From Oscillospiraceae bacterium (GTDB lineage: Bacteria > Bacillota > Clostridia > Oscillospirales > Ruminococcaceae): DNA of 64,000 nucleotides. Under the pieces are notes generated by a model, which did not search any database, was not told the origin of the DNA, and was given only the letters and a program-made list of their open reading frames with translations. The stretch lies in NCBI GenBank assembly GCA_031266415.1, contig JAISBB010000001.1, positions 221,556 through 285,555 of the forward strand. The letters run 5' to 3'. Of this stretch, positions 41,398 through 49,806 are shown piece by piece (within the stretch, counting starts at the first letter, position 1; each line of letters starts with the position of its first letter). The position numbers and the translations under genes are program-made.

Positions 41398-41799
41398 CTA
41401 AATCTGCGTATTAATTAAGTTTTTTATGCCGTCTACACCCAAACTCGCAAACTTTGCCGCTGCTTTCGAAGAAACCGCGAATTCTCGCGCAGCCAACATG
41501 ACCTCTGCCGTTGAGACCTTTTCTCCATTTAAAGAACGCACCGCATTTTTCTGGTTCTCTTTTTCGGACTTCGTAACACGCCCCAAAACACTGGCACAAG
41601 AAGCTTCTAGACTAATTGGCGGCGAAGCCACGGCCGCAGCCTTATCGCCAACAATCGCAGGTGGCGGCATAAGACTCGCCAACAAATCTGAGAACCCAGA
41701 ACAAGGGCTGTGTGTCTTTTGCGAGGTTCCATCACAAAAACGAGCAAAAAGTCCCGAATTCACATTCAAAAGGTCTGGTGTTTGCCGAGCCATAGTCAT
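41398..41799 (-). CDS. fliE: FliE-like flagellar hook-basal body protein (divergent)
   Basis: The C-terminus VSTAEVMLAAREFAVSSKAAAKFASLGVDGIKNLINTQI resembles the FliE C-terminal helix that ends ...MQI. Lies between flgC and fliF. Confidence 0.55.
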   Translation of the reverse strand: MTMARQTPDLLNVNSGLFARFCDGTSQKTHSPCSGFSDLLASLMPPPAIVGDKAAAVASPPISLEASCASVLGRVTKSEKENQKNAVRSLNGEKVSTAEVMLAAREFAVSSKAAAKFASLGVDGIKNLINTQI

Positions 41800-41811
41800 T
41801 CAACTCCTTAT

Positions 41812-42363
41812 TTACTTTCCGGCAATTTTAAGTGCCGATTCTTCTGATTTACTAACCGCTTTAGCCAAATTTATCCCGAGGTTGCAAAGCGCTGCTGCGT
41901 CTTTTCCACGCAACACTTCCTTCAGTGGGTCAACATTTGAACCAACAACAAACCCCTGAGTATCAGCCAGCGGACTCTCTGGATCAAAGTCTTTGCGAAC
42001 AGGATTTTGGTTACGCATTATTTCACAGTGCACACCAGAAAATCGCGGATTTTGACCTTCACTTGTTCGCCACGGTATCTCCTTACGAAGTCGACCGATA
42101 CGGCAACACGTACCCGAATCACCACGGCGAAGATATAAAAATCCAAAGCGCCTATCTTTGTGTTTCCTTTTGCTCACACTTCTCAATAAACCTCGCGAGA
42201 ATATAGATTTTTTCGAAGCTACAACAAATACCGGAATCTTCCCCTGATAGCCGGTTACATCTTGCTTCGCAAGATTTTCTGCAACGACTGCCGACATGTC
42301 GCGGCCATTTGCCATTGCTTGGCGCGCACTTTCCCAAGCTGACTGAAGATGTTCAATTTCCAA
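41812..42363 (-). CDS. flgC: FlgC-like flagellar proximal rod protein (divergent)
   Basis: AENLAKQDVTGY corresponds to NNIANANTT, and FDPESPLADTQGFVVGSNVDPLKE corresponds to YDP.HP.AD..GYV..PNV....E. Lies after flgB. Confidence 0.6.
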   Translation of the reverse strand: MEIEHLQSAWESARQAMANGRDMSAVVAENLAKQDVTGYQGKIPVFVVASKKSIFSRGLLRSVSKRKHKDRRFGFLYLRRGDSGTCCRIGRLRKEIPWRTSEGQNPRFSGVHCEIMRNQNPVRKDFDPESPLADTQGFVVGSNVDPLKEVLRGKDAAALCNLGINLAKAVSKSEESALKIAGK

Positions 42364-42381
42364 GTTATTTCACCACACTTA

Positions 42382-42684
42382 TCAACCGAGCACACTTTCA
42401 GTTGCGTCGAAAAAAAGCGCCACGGCTGCAGACCATTTAGCCATTTCTTGTTCAGCATAAACTCGAGCCATCGTTTGATCAACTTCGTCAACATGCTCTC
42501 CCGCTGGGAGTTCTCCTACGTCAACTTGAAAAACATCCTTTTCCTTCTTTTTAACACATTCTAAAGGAGAAAAACCCGGTGCATTCATCCCCGCCAAATT
42601 AAAAGCAGCAATACGCTCTTGTTTTTCTGCAACACCAAACAAATAGTTGTGGGCAGCAATCAAGTTTACATTAGTGTCTAACAA
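42382..42684 (-). CDS. flgB: FlgB-like flagellar proximal rod protein (divergent); TTG start
   Basis: NLIAAHNYLFGVAEKQERIAAFNLAGMNAPGF corresponds to the FlgB N-terminal motif (...RQ.VIA.NIAN..TPGF). TTG 42684 lies 6 nt after a GGAGGT RBS. The tracked ATG at 42735 would sit only 9 nt from the promoter -10 element. Confidence 0.55.
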   Translation of the reverse strand: MLDTNVNLIAAHNYLFGVAEKQERIAAFNLAGMNAPGFSPLECVKKKEKDVFQVDVGELPAGEHVDEVDQTMARVYAEQEMAKWSAAVALFFDATESVLG

Positions 42685-42743
42685 ACAAACACCTCCAAAC
42701 AAAACGATGAATATACATAAATATACCAACTGCAATTAACAAG

Positions 42744-42772
42744 ATGATAACATAATTCTTTTGCAAAATCAA
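42744..42772 (-). promoter_or_regulatory. SigA-type promoter of the flagellar operon
   Basis: On the minus strand: TTGATT-N17-TATCAT with a TGn extended -10, about 55 nt upstream of the flgB TTG start. Confidence 0.55.
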
Positions 42773-42924
42773 GAAGTATATTAAACAACTCTAATTTGAA
42801 TAAATATACGCAATATAAGCTATTTTTGTCTTAAATTAAGCACATATTTACACAAATTAAATTGACTAAAAAAATCACGCCTAAATTCTTTCATAATTTC
42901 ATTTATTCACATTTATTAATATAT

Positions 42925-42960
42925 CAAATCGTCCATTTTATTTGCCGATTATTTGCCGAA
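42925..42960 (+). promoter_or_regulatory. Sigma-28-like motif within an 11-nt tandem repeat (plus strand)
   Basis: CAAA-N15-GCCGATTA compares with the SigD/FliA consensus TAAA-N15-GCCGATAT. The element TATTTGCCGA(T/A) is directly duplicated at 42939-42949 and 42950-42960. Confidence 0.3.
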
Positions 42961-43026
42961 ATCAATTTTTCAACAACAACGAATTAAATTGCACGTATCT
43001 CACAATCCTCTTTTCCAGTTTCTCGT

Positions 43027-43059
43027 AAAAAAAACATGGGGCCAAAACTTATTGGCCCC
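43027..43059 (-). terminator. Rho-independent terminator of the 90-aa peptide transcript
   Basis: On the minus strand: GGGGCCAA-TAAGTT-TTGGCCCC followed by ATGTTTTTTTT. A weaker hairpin (AGCGAA-TAAAAG-TTCGCT plus TTT) precedes it at 43091-43108. Confidence 0.75.
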
Positions 43060-43426
43060 TAAAACCGATCTCTAGAAAATGTCGAGGAAAAGCGAACTTT
43101 TATTCGCTTGAGACCTTTCAGCACAGCAGACAAAACACATAAACCCACAATAGGGAAAGAAAACTGTGCTTTTGCTAAAAGATAGACCGCCACTTTGTGC
43201 ATTCTTTCTTCAAACAACCAACAAGGGGTCAAAGCAAGCACAACTCACATGAACTCCCAAACCTCCACGCAAGTGCAAACAGATTGTTCTTCATTAGATC
43301 AATGCCACGGTTTTTTTCAGTCTCTAGCTAACCACGCGAATAAATCACAAGAAAATCAACAAACCTTCATTTCGCGGCCAGCAAAAAACAAAACACAACA
43401 CGGCCGAAGTCGTAAAAAAACCAAAG

Positions 43427-43699
43427 TTAGTTCCCCCGGCGTGGGTTGTAGGGTTGCCCATAACCGCTATCAGCAACCCTCTGTAACGCAGCGTTGAACC
43501 TCTCTCCTAAGGTTTGTGTTTGTTGTGTTTCTTGGCGTTGCGGCGGACGTTCAGGACCGACAGTGTCCCTATACGGGGTGCTACTGCGGGCGTCGCCAGG
43601 CGTGGCACTTCCATCGATCTCGATTTGGTATTCTTCGCCGGCACCACCAATAGCAAGCAAATCTACCTCCGTAAGTGTTTCAAAATCTAGCTTTTCCAT
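43427..43699 (-). CDS. 90-aa Cys-free acidic/Q/P-rich peptide with a double-glycine-type leader (or a FlgM-like disordered protein)
   Basis: It has an AAAGGAGAA RBS, its own promoter and its own terminators. The N-terminus MEKLDFETLTEVDLLAIGGA fits LSxxELxxIxGG if processing follows GA. The core is G+C-rich. Confidence 0.6.
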   Translation of the reverse strand: MEKLDFETLTEVDLLAIGGAGEEYQIEIDGSATPGDARSSTPYRDTVGPERPPQRQETQQTQTLGERFNAALQRVADSGYGQPYNPRRGN

Positions 43700-43743
43700 T
43701 TTTCATTCTCCTTTCAAATTCAAGAAAATATTTTAGTGAGGTC

Positions 43744-43772
43744 ATTGTACTGCAAATTCCCACTAAGATCAA
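43744..43772 (-). promoter_or_regulatory. SigA-type promoter of the peptide gene
   Basis: On the minus strand: TTGATC-N17-TACAAT, about 40 nt upstream of the ATG. Confidence 0.55.
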
Positions 43773-44054
43773 TGGATGGCTTTGCAACTTCAAAAACATC
43801 ATTTTGTTGACAATATATCTAATAAATTTATTGCTTACACATTTTGAATCATGAAATGCTACCACAAGTTGGCAAATTTAATGTAACCGCAGCAACAAAA
43901 ATAGCACAAATTAATGGTAAATTTTTCTTTTCTAAATCATGAACTTACAATTAATAAAGTTGTCCCTTTCGTCCTCCATTGACCAAAGAAACCACAAATC
44001 ATTCATTTTTTTCCACACCACCACCACAAAAACAAATTTCATTTCTTTGCAAAG

Positions 44055-44092
44055 CAAAAGTAGCAACTGTAAAAAAACAGTTGCTACTTTTA
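44055..44092 (-). terminator. Bidirectional-looking intrinsic terminator after the Zn-ribbon gene
   Basis: 11-bp stem AGTAGCAACTG / CAGTTGCTACT flanked by A4 and T4 runs. Confidence 0.7.
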
Positions 44093-44115
44093 ACATAATC
44101 AATTACAAAATCTCT

Positions 44116-44391
44116 TTAGTTCTCTTCCTCTCGTTTTGCAAAACATTCACTACAATAAACTGGCCGACCTTCGCTTGGTTTAAATGGGACCTTTGCTTCC
44201 GCGCCACAGCTAGCACATGCAGCCACATACATCTCACGTTTTGCACCGTTTCTTTTTCGTAAATCTCTACATTCTTTGCATCGTTGCGGTTCGTTAACAA
44301 ACCCCTTTTCTGCAAAAAATTCTTGCTCGCCAATTGTGAAAATAAACTCTGCACCACAGTCTTTGCAAATTAATGCCTTGTCTTCGTACAT
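44116..44391 (-). CDS. Zinc-ribbon protein (CxxC-x17-CxxC duplicated)
   Basis: CKDCGAEFIFTIGEQEFFAEKGFVNEPQRCKECR plus CASCGAEAKVPFKPSEGRPVYCSECF. The start is probably M37 (44391), which gives the usual ~90-aa size. The tracked ORF extends to 44499. Confidence 0.7.
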   Translation of the reverse strand: MYEDKALICKDCGAEFIFTIGEQEFFAEKGFVNEPQRCKECRDLRKRNGAKREMYVAACASCGAEAKVPFKPSEGRPVYCSECFAKREEEN

Positions 44392-44720
44392 CTCCAAAAT
44401 CTCTCCCAATATTGGTAAAATTTGCCCATTAACATGCCCGCAACGTAACTTGAAACTTAATTTGCCGCTTTCTGTTAGGGCTTCCACAGTCCCACTCACC
44501 GCCCGCTAACAAACCAGCAAACGAAAAAGTAAAACTTCACACGGTTATTTTACACGAAAGATTCAAAAAAGTCAACCTCTCCCACAAGCACTTTCCAAAA
44601 AATCACAAATCGATGCAAAACTAAACTTTTTAGCAACAAATACATTACAAACTAAATCGAACAAATTTATCTTCACAACACAGGCAATTCACTCACAAAA
44701 TTCTTCAACAAAGAATATAC

Positions 44721-46886
44721 CTAAGCTATTATCTCACGCTCTTTCTGATCTTTATCTGAAACTTTTGAACACTTTGCATCCCCTGGCAATTTGTATTTCT
44801 TTCTGTCCATATATTCCGCATATTTCCCTTTGTTGTAGTTTTGCACAGGGCGCCAAAACCCAACCACTCTGCTCCAAACTTCCGCCTCTTTTCCACATTC
44901 CGGGCACGCAAAATGTTCGCCAGAGATATAGCCGTGGTCAGAACAAACTGAAAATGTCGGCGTGATTGAAATATATGGCAATTTATAGTTATTAAATATT
45001 TTCTTAATTAAGGTTTTCGCAATTTTAATGTCTTTAATATTCTCTCCTAAATATAAATGCAAAACCGTTCCACCAGTATATAAGCTTTGGAGTTCATCTT
45101 GTAAATCTAAAGTTTCAAAAATATCTTCCGTGAACCCAACCGGCAACAACGAAGAGTTTGTGTAATAAGGAGTAGAACCACCAGCAGTTTTGATTACTTT
45201 AAATTTTTCAACATCTTTTTTGGCCAACCGATAACATGTTCCTTCCGCAGGTGTTGCTTCAAGATTATAAAAATGCCCTGTTTCTTCTTGTGTTTCTTTA
45301 ATAAAATCTCGCATGTAATTAAGGGTTTCAACGGCAAATTTCTGTCCCTCTTCCGTGGTTAAATCACTATTTTCACCAAGCAAATTAATACATGCTTCAT
45401 TCATTCCAATAAGGCCAATTGTACTGAAGTGATTATACCAAAATTGTCCAGTTCTGTCATAAAGTACCTGCAAGTAACTCGCTGTATATGGATACATGCC
45501 ACGTTGCGTTTGAGTTTCAACAATTTTTCTTTTGATTTCAAGGCTAGAAACAGCAATCTTCATTAATTTTCTCAAACGCTCTTTAAATTCACCTTTCGTT
45601 CTGGAAAGGAACGCCGCACGCGGCAAATTTAGTGTAACAACACCAACCGAACCGGTCAGCGGGTTTGAGCCAAACAACCCACCACCACGTTTTCTCAACT
45701 CACCTGTATTTAAGCGGAGCCGGCAACACATTGAAAAACCATCTTCTGGGGAAAGGTCAGAATTTACATAGTTTGAAAAATACGGAACCCCATATTTACA
45801 AGTAATTTCCATAATTTTGTCAACAACAGAACTATCCCAGTTAAACTCTTTTGTTACATTTATGGTCGGGATGGGGAAAGTGAACACTCTCCCACGGGAA
45901 TCTCCTTCCATCATTACTTCGCAAAATGCCAAGTTGATCATGTCCATTTCTTTTTGAAACTCACCGTAAGTTGCATTTGCAATTTCTCCGCCAACAATCA
46001 CAGCCTTATCTTTTAAATTATTAGGGCAAACAACATCCAATGTTACGTTCGAAAACGGGCACTGAAATCCAACACGAGTTGGCACATTAAGGTTAAACAC
46101 GAATTCTTGCATTGCCTGCTTAACCATTTTGTAATCTAGGTTGTCGTACCGCACAAACGGCGCACAATAGGTGTCGAAAGAAGACCAAGCCTGCGCGCCA
46201 GCTGTTTCACCCTGGGTAACAAAGGTTGAATTAATAATTTGCCCCAAAAACGACCGCAAATGCCTGGCAGGCTTCGATTCGACTTTCCCATTAACACCAC
46301 CAAAACCCTTGGTTAACAATTGATAAAGATCCCAGCCAGCACAATAAGAACCAAAAAAACCAAGATCATGAATGTGAAGGTCGCCAGATGTGTGAGCATC
46401 TCTAACATCTTGTGGATAGACTTCGTTTAGCCAATATTGCTTTGTGAAAGCTTCTCTAACGTAGTTGTTCATTCCATTTATTGATTTTTGCGTGTTGGCA
46501 TTTTCTTTGATTTCCCAACTATTATCTTCAATATATTCAGAAAACATCTTAACTGTTGCATCAACAAGCGCATTTGATTCTCTTGCCACTCTGCGCTTTT
46601 CTCGGTAAAGAATATATGCCTTGGCTGTTTTTGCATGTCCGTTTTCAATTAAAACTTTTTCAACAATATCTTGAATCCGTTCAATTTCTGCAACCCCGGA
46701 AGGGAATATCTTTTCGGCAATTTCCACAACTTGATTGCTCAATAATTCTGCACGGGCCCAATCATCGCCACCAACATTACTTGCCGCCTTAAATATAGCC
46801 AAAGTTATTTTATCTCTTAAAAATGGAGCAACACTTCCATCACGCTTTTGTATTTTCATCAACATAATTTTTACACGAACCTCCAT
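44721..46886 (-). CDS. nrdD: Anaerobic ribonucleoside-triphosphate reductase
   Basis: N-terminal ATP-cone (KIQKRDGSV.PF...KI..AI.KA), a C-terminal Zn site (C.DHGY....F.CPECG) and the glycyl-radical segment (SRVVGFWRPVQNYNKGK). Confidence 0.95.
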   Translation of the reverse strand: MEVRVKIMLMKIQKRDGSVAPFLRDKITLAIFKAASNVGGDDWARAELLSNQVVEIAEKIFPSGVAEIERIQDIVEKVLIENGHAKTAKAYILYREKRRVARESNALVDATVKMFSEYIEDNSWEIKENANTQKSINGMNNYVREAFTKQYWLNEVYPQDVRDAHTSGDLHIHDLGFFGSYCAGWDLYQLLTKGFGGVNGKVESKPARHLRSFLGQIINSTFVTQGETAGAQAWSSFDTYCAPFVRYDNLDYKMVKQAMQEFVFNLNVPTRVGFQCPFSNVTLDVVCPNNLKDKAVIVGGEIANATYGEFQKEMDMINLAFCEVMMEGDSRGRVFTFPIPTINVTKEFNWDSSVVDKIMEITCKYGVPYFSNYVNSDLSPEDGFSMCCRLRLNTGELRKRGGGLFGSNPLTGSVGVVTLNLPRAAFLSRTKGEFKERLRKLMKIAVSSLEIKRKIVETQTQRGMYPYTASYLQVLYDRTGQFWYNHFSTIGLIGMNEACINLLGENSDLTTEEGQKFAVETLNYMRDFIKETQEETGHFYNLEATPAEGTCYRLAKKDVEKFKVIKTAGGSTPYYTNSSLLPVGFTEDIFETLDLQDELQSLYTGGTVLHLYLGENIKDIKIAKTLIKKIFNNYKLPYISITPTFSVCSDHGYISGEHFACPECGKEAEVWSRVVGFWRPVQNYNKGKYAEYMDRKKYKLPGDAKCSKVSDKDQKEREIIA

Positions 46887-47346
46887 AATTTTTATTTTAA
46901 CATTTCATCGCAACAATCGTGTTCGTAAACACCATTGTGCTTTATTATCTGCCTTATTTTCGCTTAAGTCAAGCCCGAGAAATCGACTTTTCGCGCTATC
47001 AATTCTAGCAATTTTATCAATTGACACAAAGATATCAAAAAAGCACATTTAAACCAATGTAATAGCAAGCAATCTCACCAATAGCAAATTGCACACATTA
47101 TCATGATTGATATTTAACACAAGAAATTTCCCCAATCTTATTATATCTTTCAACTCACTATAAAAATTGGGTAAATTTAAAAATTCTACAACTAAAAATT
47201 TTCAAATTCACCCGGTATTTAATTCTCCGAAAGGAACCTTCTTCCTGTTTGCAACAAAATAAAAAACGTCTACCAAAGCCATCAAAAAGCAGATTTATCA
47301 TATTGAAATTTCGAATAAAATTCGAATAAATAAGTTATTTTTACAA

Positions 47347-49806
47347 TCAATCGTGGTTCCCCTCTACACCCAATTTTGCAAAAACTTTCGGAACAAACGA
47401 AAACAAAAATTTCAAAATAAAAAACGAGAAAACGCCCAAAACTGGGAACAATAAAAGTAATTTAACACTGTATTCTAACTCCAAAAAACCTCGCAGGGAA
47501 ACTGCCGCCAAAACGAATGCACCTGTTGTAAGTCTCCACAACATTTTTCTCAACTTACTAACAGGGCTGAAAATTCGGTACAGTAAACACAAATTAACAA
47601 ATGCAACCGTTAACACGCAAAGAGATGATACTTCTTTTACAGATAACCCTAATATCCCTGCAAAAAAATAAATCACAACAATATTTATTACCCCTGTAAC
47701 AGCACCCGGAATAGACCGAACTATTATATCCACAAGAAGTGAACCCGAAACAACAGTTGCACACGGCTCAAAACTCAAAACAAAAGCAGGAATTCCAATT
47801 GTAAACGCATTTATTAACGTTGTTTGAAGTGGCATAAACGGATATTCACGACCCCAAAACAACAAAATCATTGACAGTAAAACAGAAAAAAATACTTTGT
47901 TGAAGAACATAGCACCAGATCTTTGCATATTATTAACAATTTGTTGGCCTTCTCTTACAATATTTGGCAACAATGAAAAATCATCATTCATTAATACCAT
48001 TTGCGAAACCTGCCTTGCAGGTGGACTAGCACTGGCGAAAGAAATACTGCAATCAGCCTCTTTCAACGCCAAAACATCATTTACCCCATCACCTATCATG
48101 GCCACTTTGTGATTTTTACTTAAAGTTTTAACAACACTACGTTTTTGATTTGGAGTAAGGCGCCCCAAAATTGCATAGTTATTGGCAACATAATCTAACG
48201 AAGAAACATCAGAAACATCTAAATATTTTGAACTATTCATAATCCCTACATCCTCTGCAATCCTTGCAACTGTAAGTGGATTATCTCCAGAAAGGACTTT
48301 TATTTCAACATTTCGTTCGTTCAAAAAACTAATAACCATTCGCGCATTGGTTCTAATAACATCACTGAAACTAAAGATGGCAATTGGGACAATTTGCGCC
48401 TCATGCCAAGTTTTAAGCGTACCACTCACACACACCAAAGCAACTACCCGTTTGCCGGTTTTCATTTGCTCTTCAATTTCTTCCTTATATTTTTCGTAAT
48501 TTGTACTTAGCACAATTTCAGGGGCTCCAAAAATAAACGTACCAAATTCCTTAAATGTAACGCCGCTCCATTTTGTGGCAGAAGAAAAATGCACAACTTC
48601 TTGTACACACCAACTAGCTGTTACATTAACTAAGATTTTATTAACATATTCTTTCAATGCACAAAAGGTTTTGTTAGTTACATCATCAAGACCCACAATT
48701 AAATTAACAAGCAACAATTCCATTGATTTTGGATCCAATTGTGTTCTACACGGAATGATTTTGCAAAGCTCCAATTGATTTGTTGTTATTGTTCCTGTTT
48801 TATCTAAACAAACAACATCAATACTGGAAAGTATCTCTAAACTATAAAGCTCTTGAACCAGCACTTTTTCTTTCGCTAATTTCAATGCACCTGTCATAAA
48901 GGCAACACTTGTTAACAAAACAAAACCTTCTGGAATCATAGATAAAACTGCAGCGGAAGCGCCCTCAATTGCAGAAACTGGATTGTAACTAATGTTATAT
49001 TGGCGCAAAAACAAAACGCACCCAAGCGGCAAAATAATGCAACTAAGAATTTTAATAGTTAAGCGAATTGCCCTAACTACTTCAGAATCATACTTTTTAT
49101 ATTTTTGCGCACCTTTTGTCATTTGATTAATATAATTACTTCGGCCAACATTTAAAACCTGGGCACAGCACTCACCGCTAACAATAAAACCACCAGAAAT
49201 TAACAAATTCCCTGGTTTTTTCACAATGCACTCAGATTCTCCTGTAACCGCCGCTTCGTTGACTTCAACACTCCCCAGCCGAATAACACAATCCACCATA
49301 ACCTGCTGCGCCGTTCTTAATAAAACAAGATCATCACACACTAATTTCTCACACGGGATAGTAAAAATCTTTCCACTTCTAATTACTTTTACTTTTTGAA
49401 TTACAACCAACGAAAGTTTTTTCAACATCCATTTCGCACGAATTTCTTGAACCATTCCGATTGCCATATTAAAAAAAATCACACCTAAAAAAAAACAGTT
49501 CTTATATGAACCAACCGAAATCAAGCAAGCAGCAATAATAAAATAGATCAAATTAAAAAGGGAGAAAACATTTTTGGCAACAATATGCCAAATCTTTTTT
49601 TCTGTAAAATCAACAGCTTCATTTGAAAATCCTAATTCTTTTCTCTTCGCCACCTCTTCTTCGCTCAGCCCCATTCGCAATCTGGGCCAAATTCTTTTAA
49701 TTCCTGTTGTTCGCTCTATTGAAATACGGCTGTTTAGGCGCAACAAACCTTCTTTTCGACTGCTAAACCGAAAGAAAGTAGCTTGAGAATTAAATCGGTT
49801 TTTCAT
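47347..49806 (-). CDS. Cation-transporting P-type ATPase (P2-like)
   Basis: TGES, the phosphorylation site CLDKTGTITTN, the hinge MIGDGVNDVLALKEAD and about 10 TM segments. A GAAGGGA RBS lies 7 nt before the ATG at 49806. Confidence 0.9.
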   Translation of the reverse strand: MKNRFNSQATFFRFSSRKEGLLRLNSRISIERTTGIKRIWPRLRMGLSEEEVAKRKELGFSNEAVDFTEKKIWHIVAKNVFSLFNLIYFIIAACLISVGSYKNCFFLGVIFFNMAIGMVQEIRAKWMLKKLSLVVIQKVKVIRSGKIFTIPCEKLVCDDLVLLRTAQQVMVDCVIRLGSVEVNEAAVTGESECIVKKPGNLLISGGFIVSGECCAQVLNVGRSNYINQMTKGAQKYKKYDSEVVRAIRLTIKILSCIILPLGCVLFLRQYNISYNPVSAIEGASAAVLSMIPEGFVLLTSVAFMTGALKLAKEKVLVQELYSLEILSSIDVVCLDKTGTITTNQLELCKIIPCRTQLDPKSMELLLVNLIVGLDDVTNKTFCALKEYVNKILVNVTASWCVQEVVHFSSATKWSGVTFKEFGTFIFGAPEIVLSTNYEKYKEEIEEQMKTGKRVVALVCVSGTLKTWHEAQIVPIAIFSFSDVIRTNARMVISFLNERNVEIKVLSGDNPLTVARIAEDVGIMNSSKYLDVSDVSSLDYVANNYAILGRLTPNQKRSVVKTLSKNHKVAMIGDGVNDVLALKEADCSISFASASPPARQVSQMVLMNDDFSLLPNIVREGQQIVNNMQRSGAMFFNKVFFSVLLSMILLFWGREYPFMPLQTTLINAFTIGIPAFVLSFEPCATVVSGSLLVDIIVRSIPGAVTGVINIVVIYFFAGILGLSVKEVSSLCVLTVAFVNLCLLYRIFSPVSKLRKMLWRLTTGAFVLAAVSLRGFLELEYSVKLLLLFPVLGVFSFFILKFLFSFVPKVFAKLGVEGNHD

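Noticed and set aside
43059-43241. 60-aa (GTG) or 47-aa (ATG) minus-strand ORF with one hydrophobic helix downstream of the peptide gene, considered as a possible immunity protein
   Set aside because: It has no convincing RBS and reads straight through the first terminator hairpin. It is left as part of the peptide locus 3' region pending transcript or proteome data.
43195-43497. 100-aa plus-strand ORF
   Set aside because: It is low-complexity (rich in Q, S, T and K), overlaps the 3' end of the better-supported peptide gene in antisense, and has no RBS.
47310-47331. Tandem 11-nt repeat TTCGAATAAAA / TTCGAATAAAT
   Set aside because: It has only two copies in AT-rich intergenic DNA downstream of the ATPase gene, and no associated feature.
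46887-47346. NrdR boxes or a cobalamin riboswitch in the 460-nt region upstream of nrdD
   Set aside because: The best candidates (for example ACACATTATCATGATT) match only about 9 of 16 positions of the NrdR-box consensus. No B12-box was seen.
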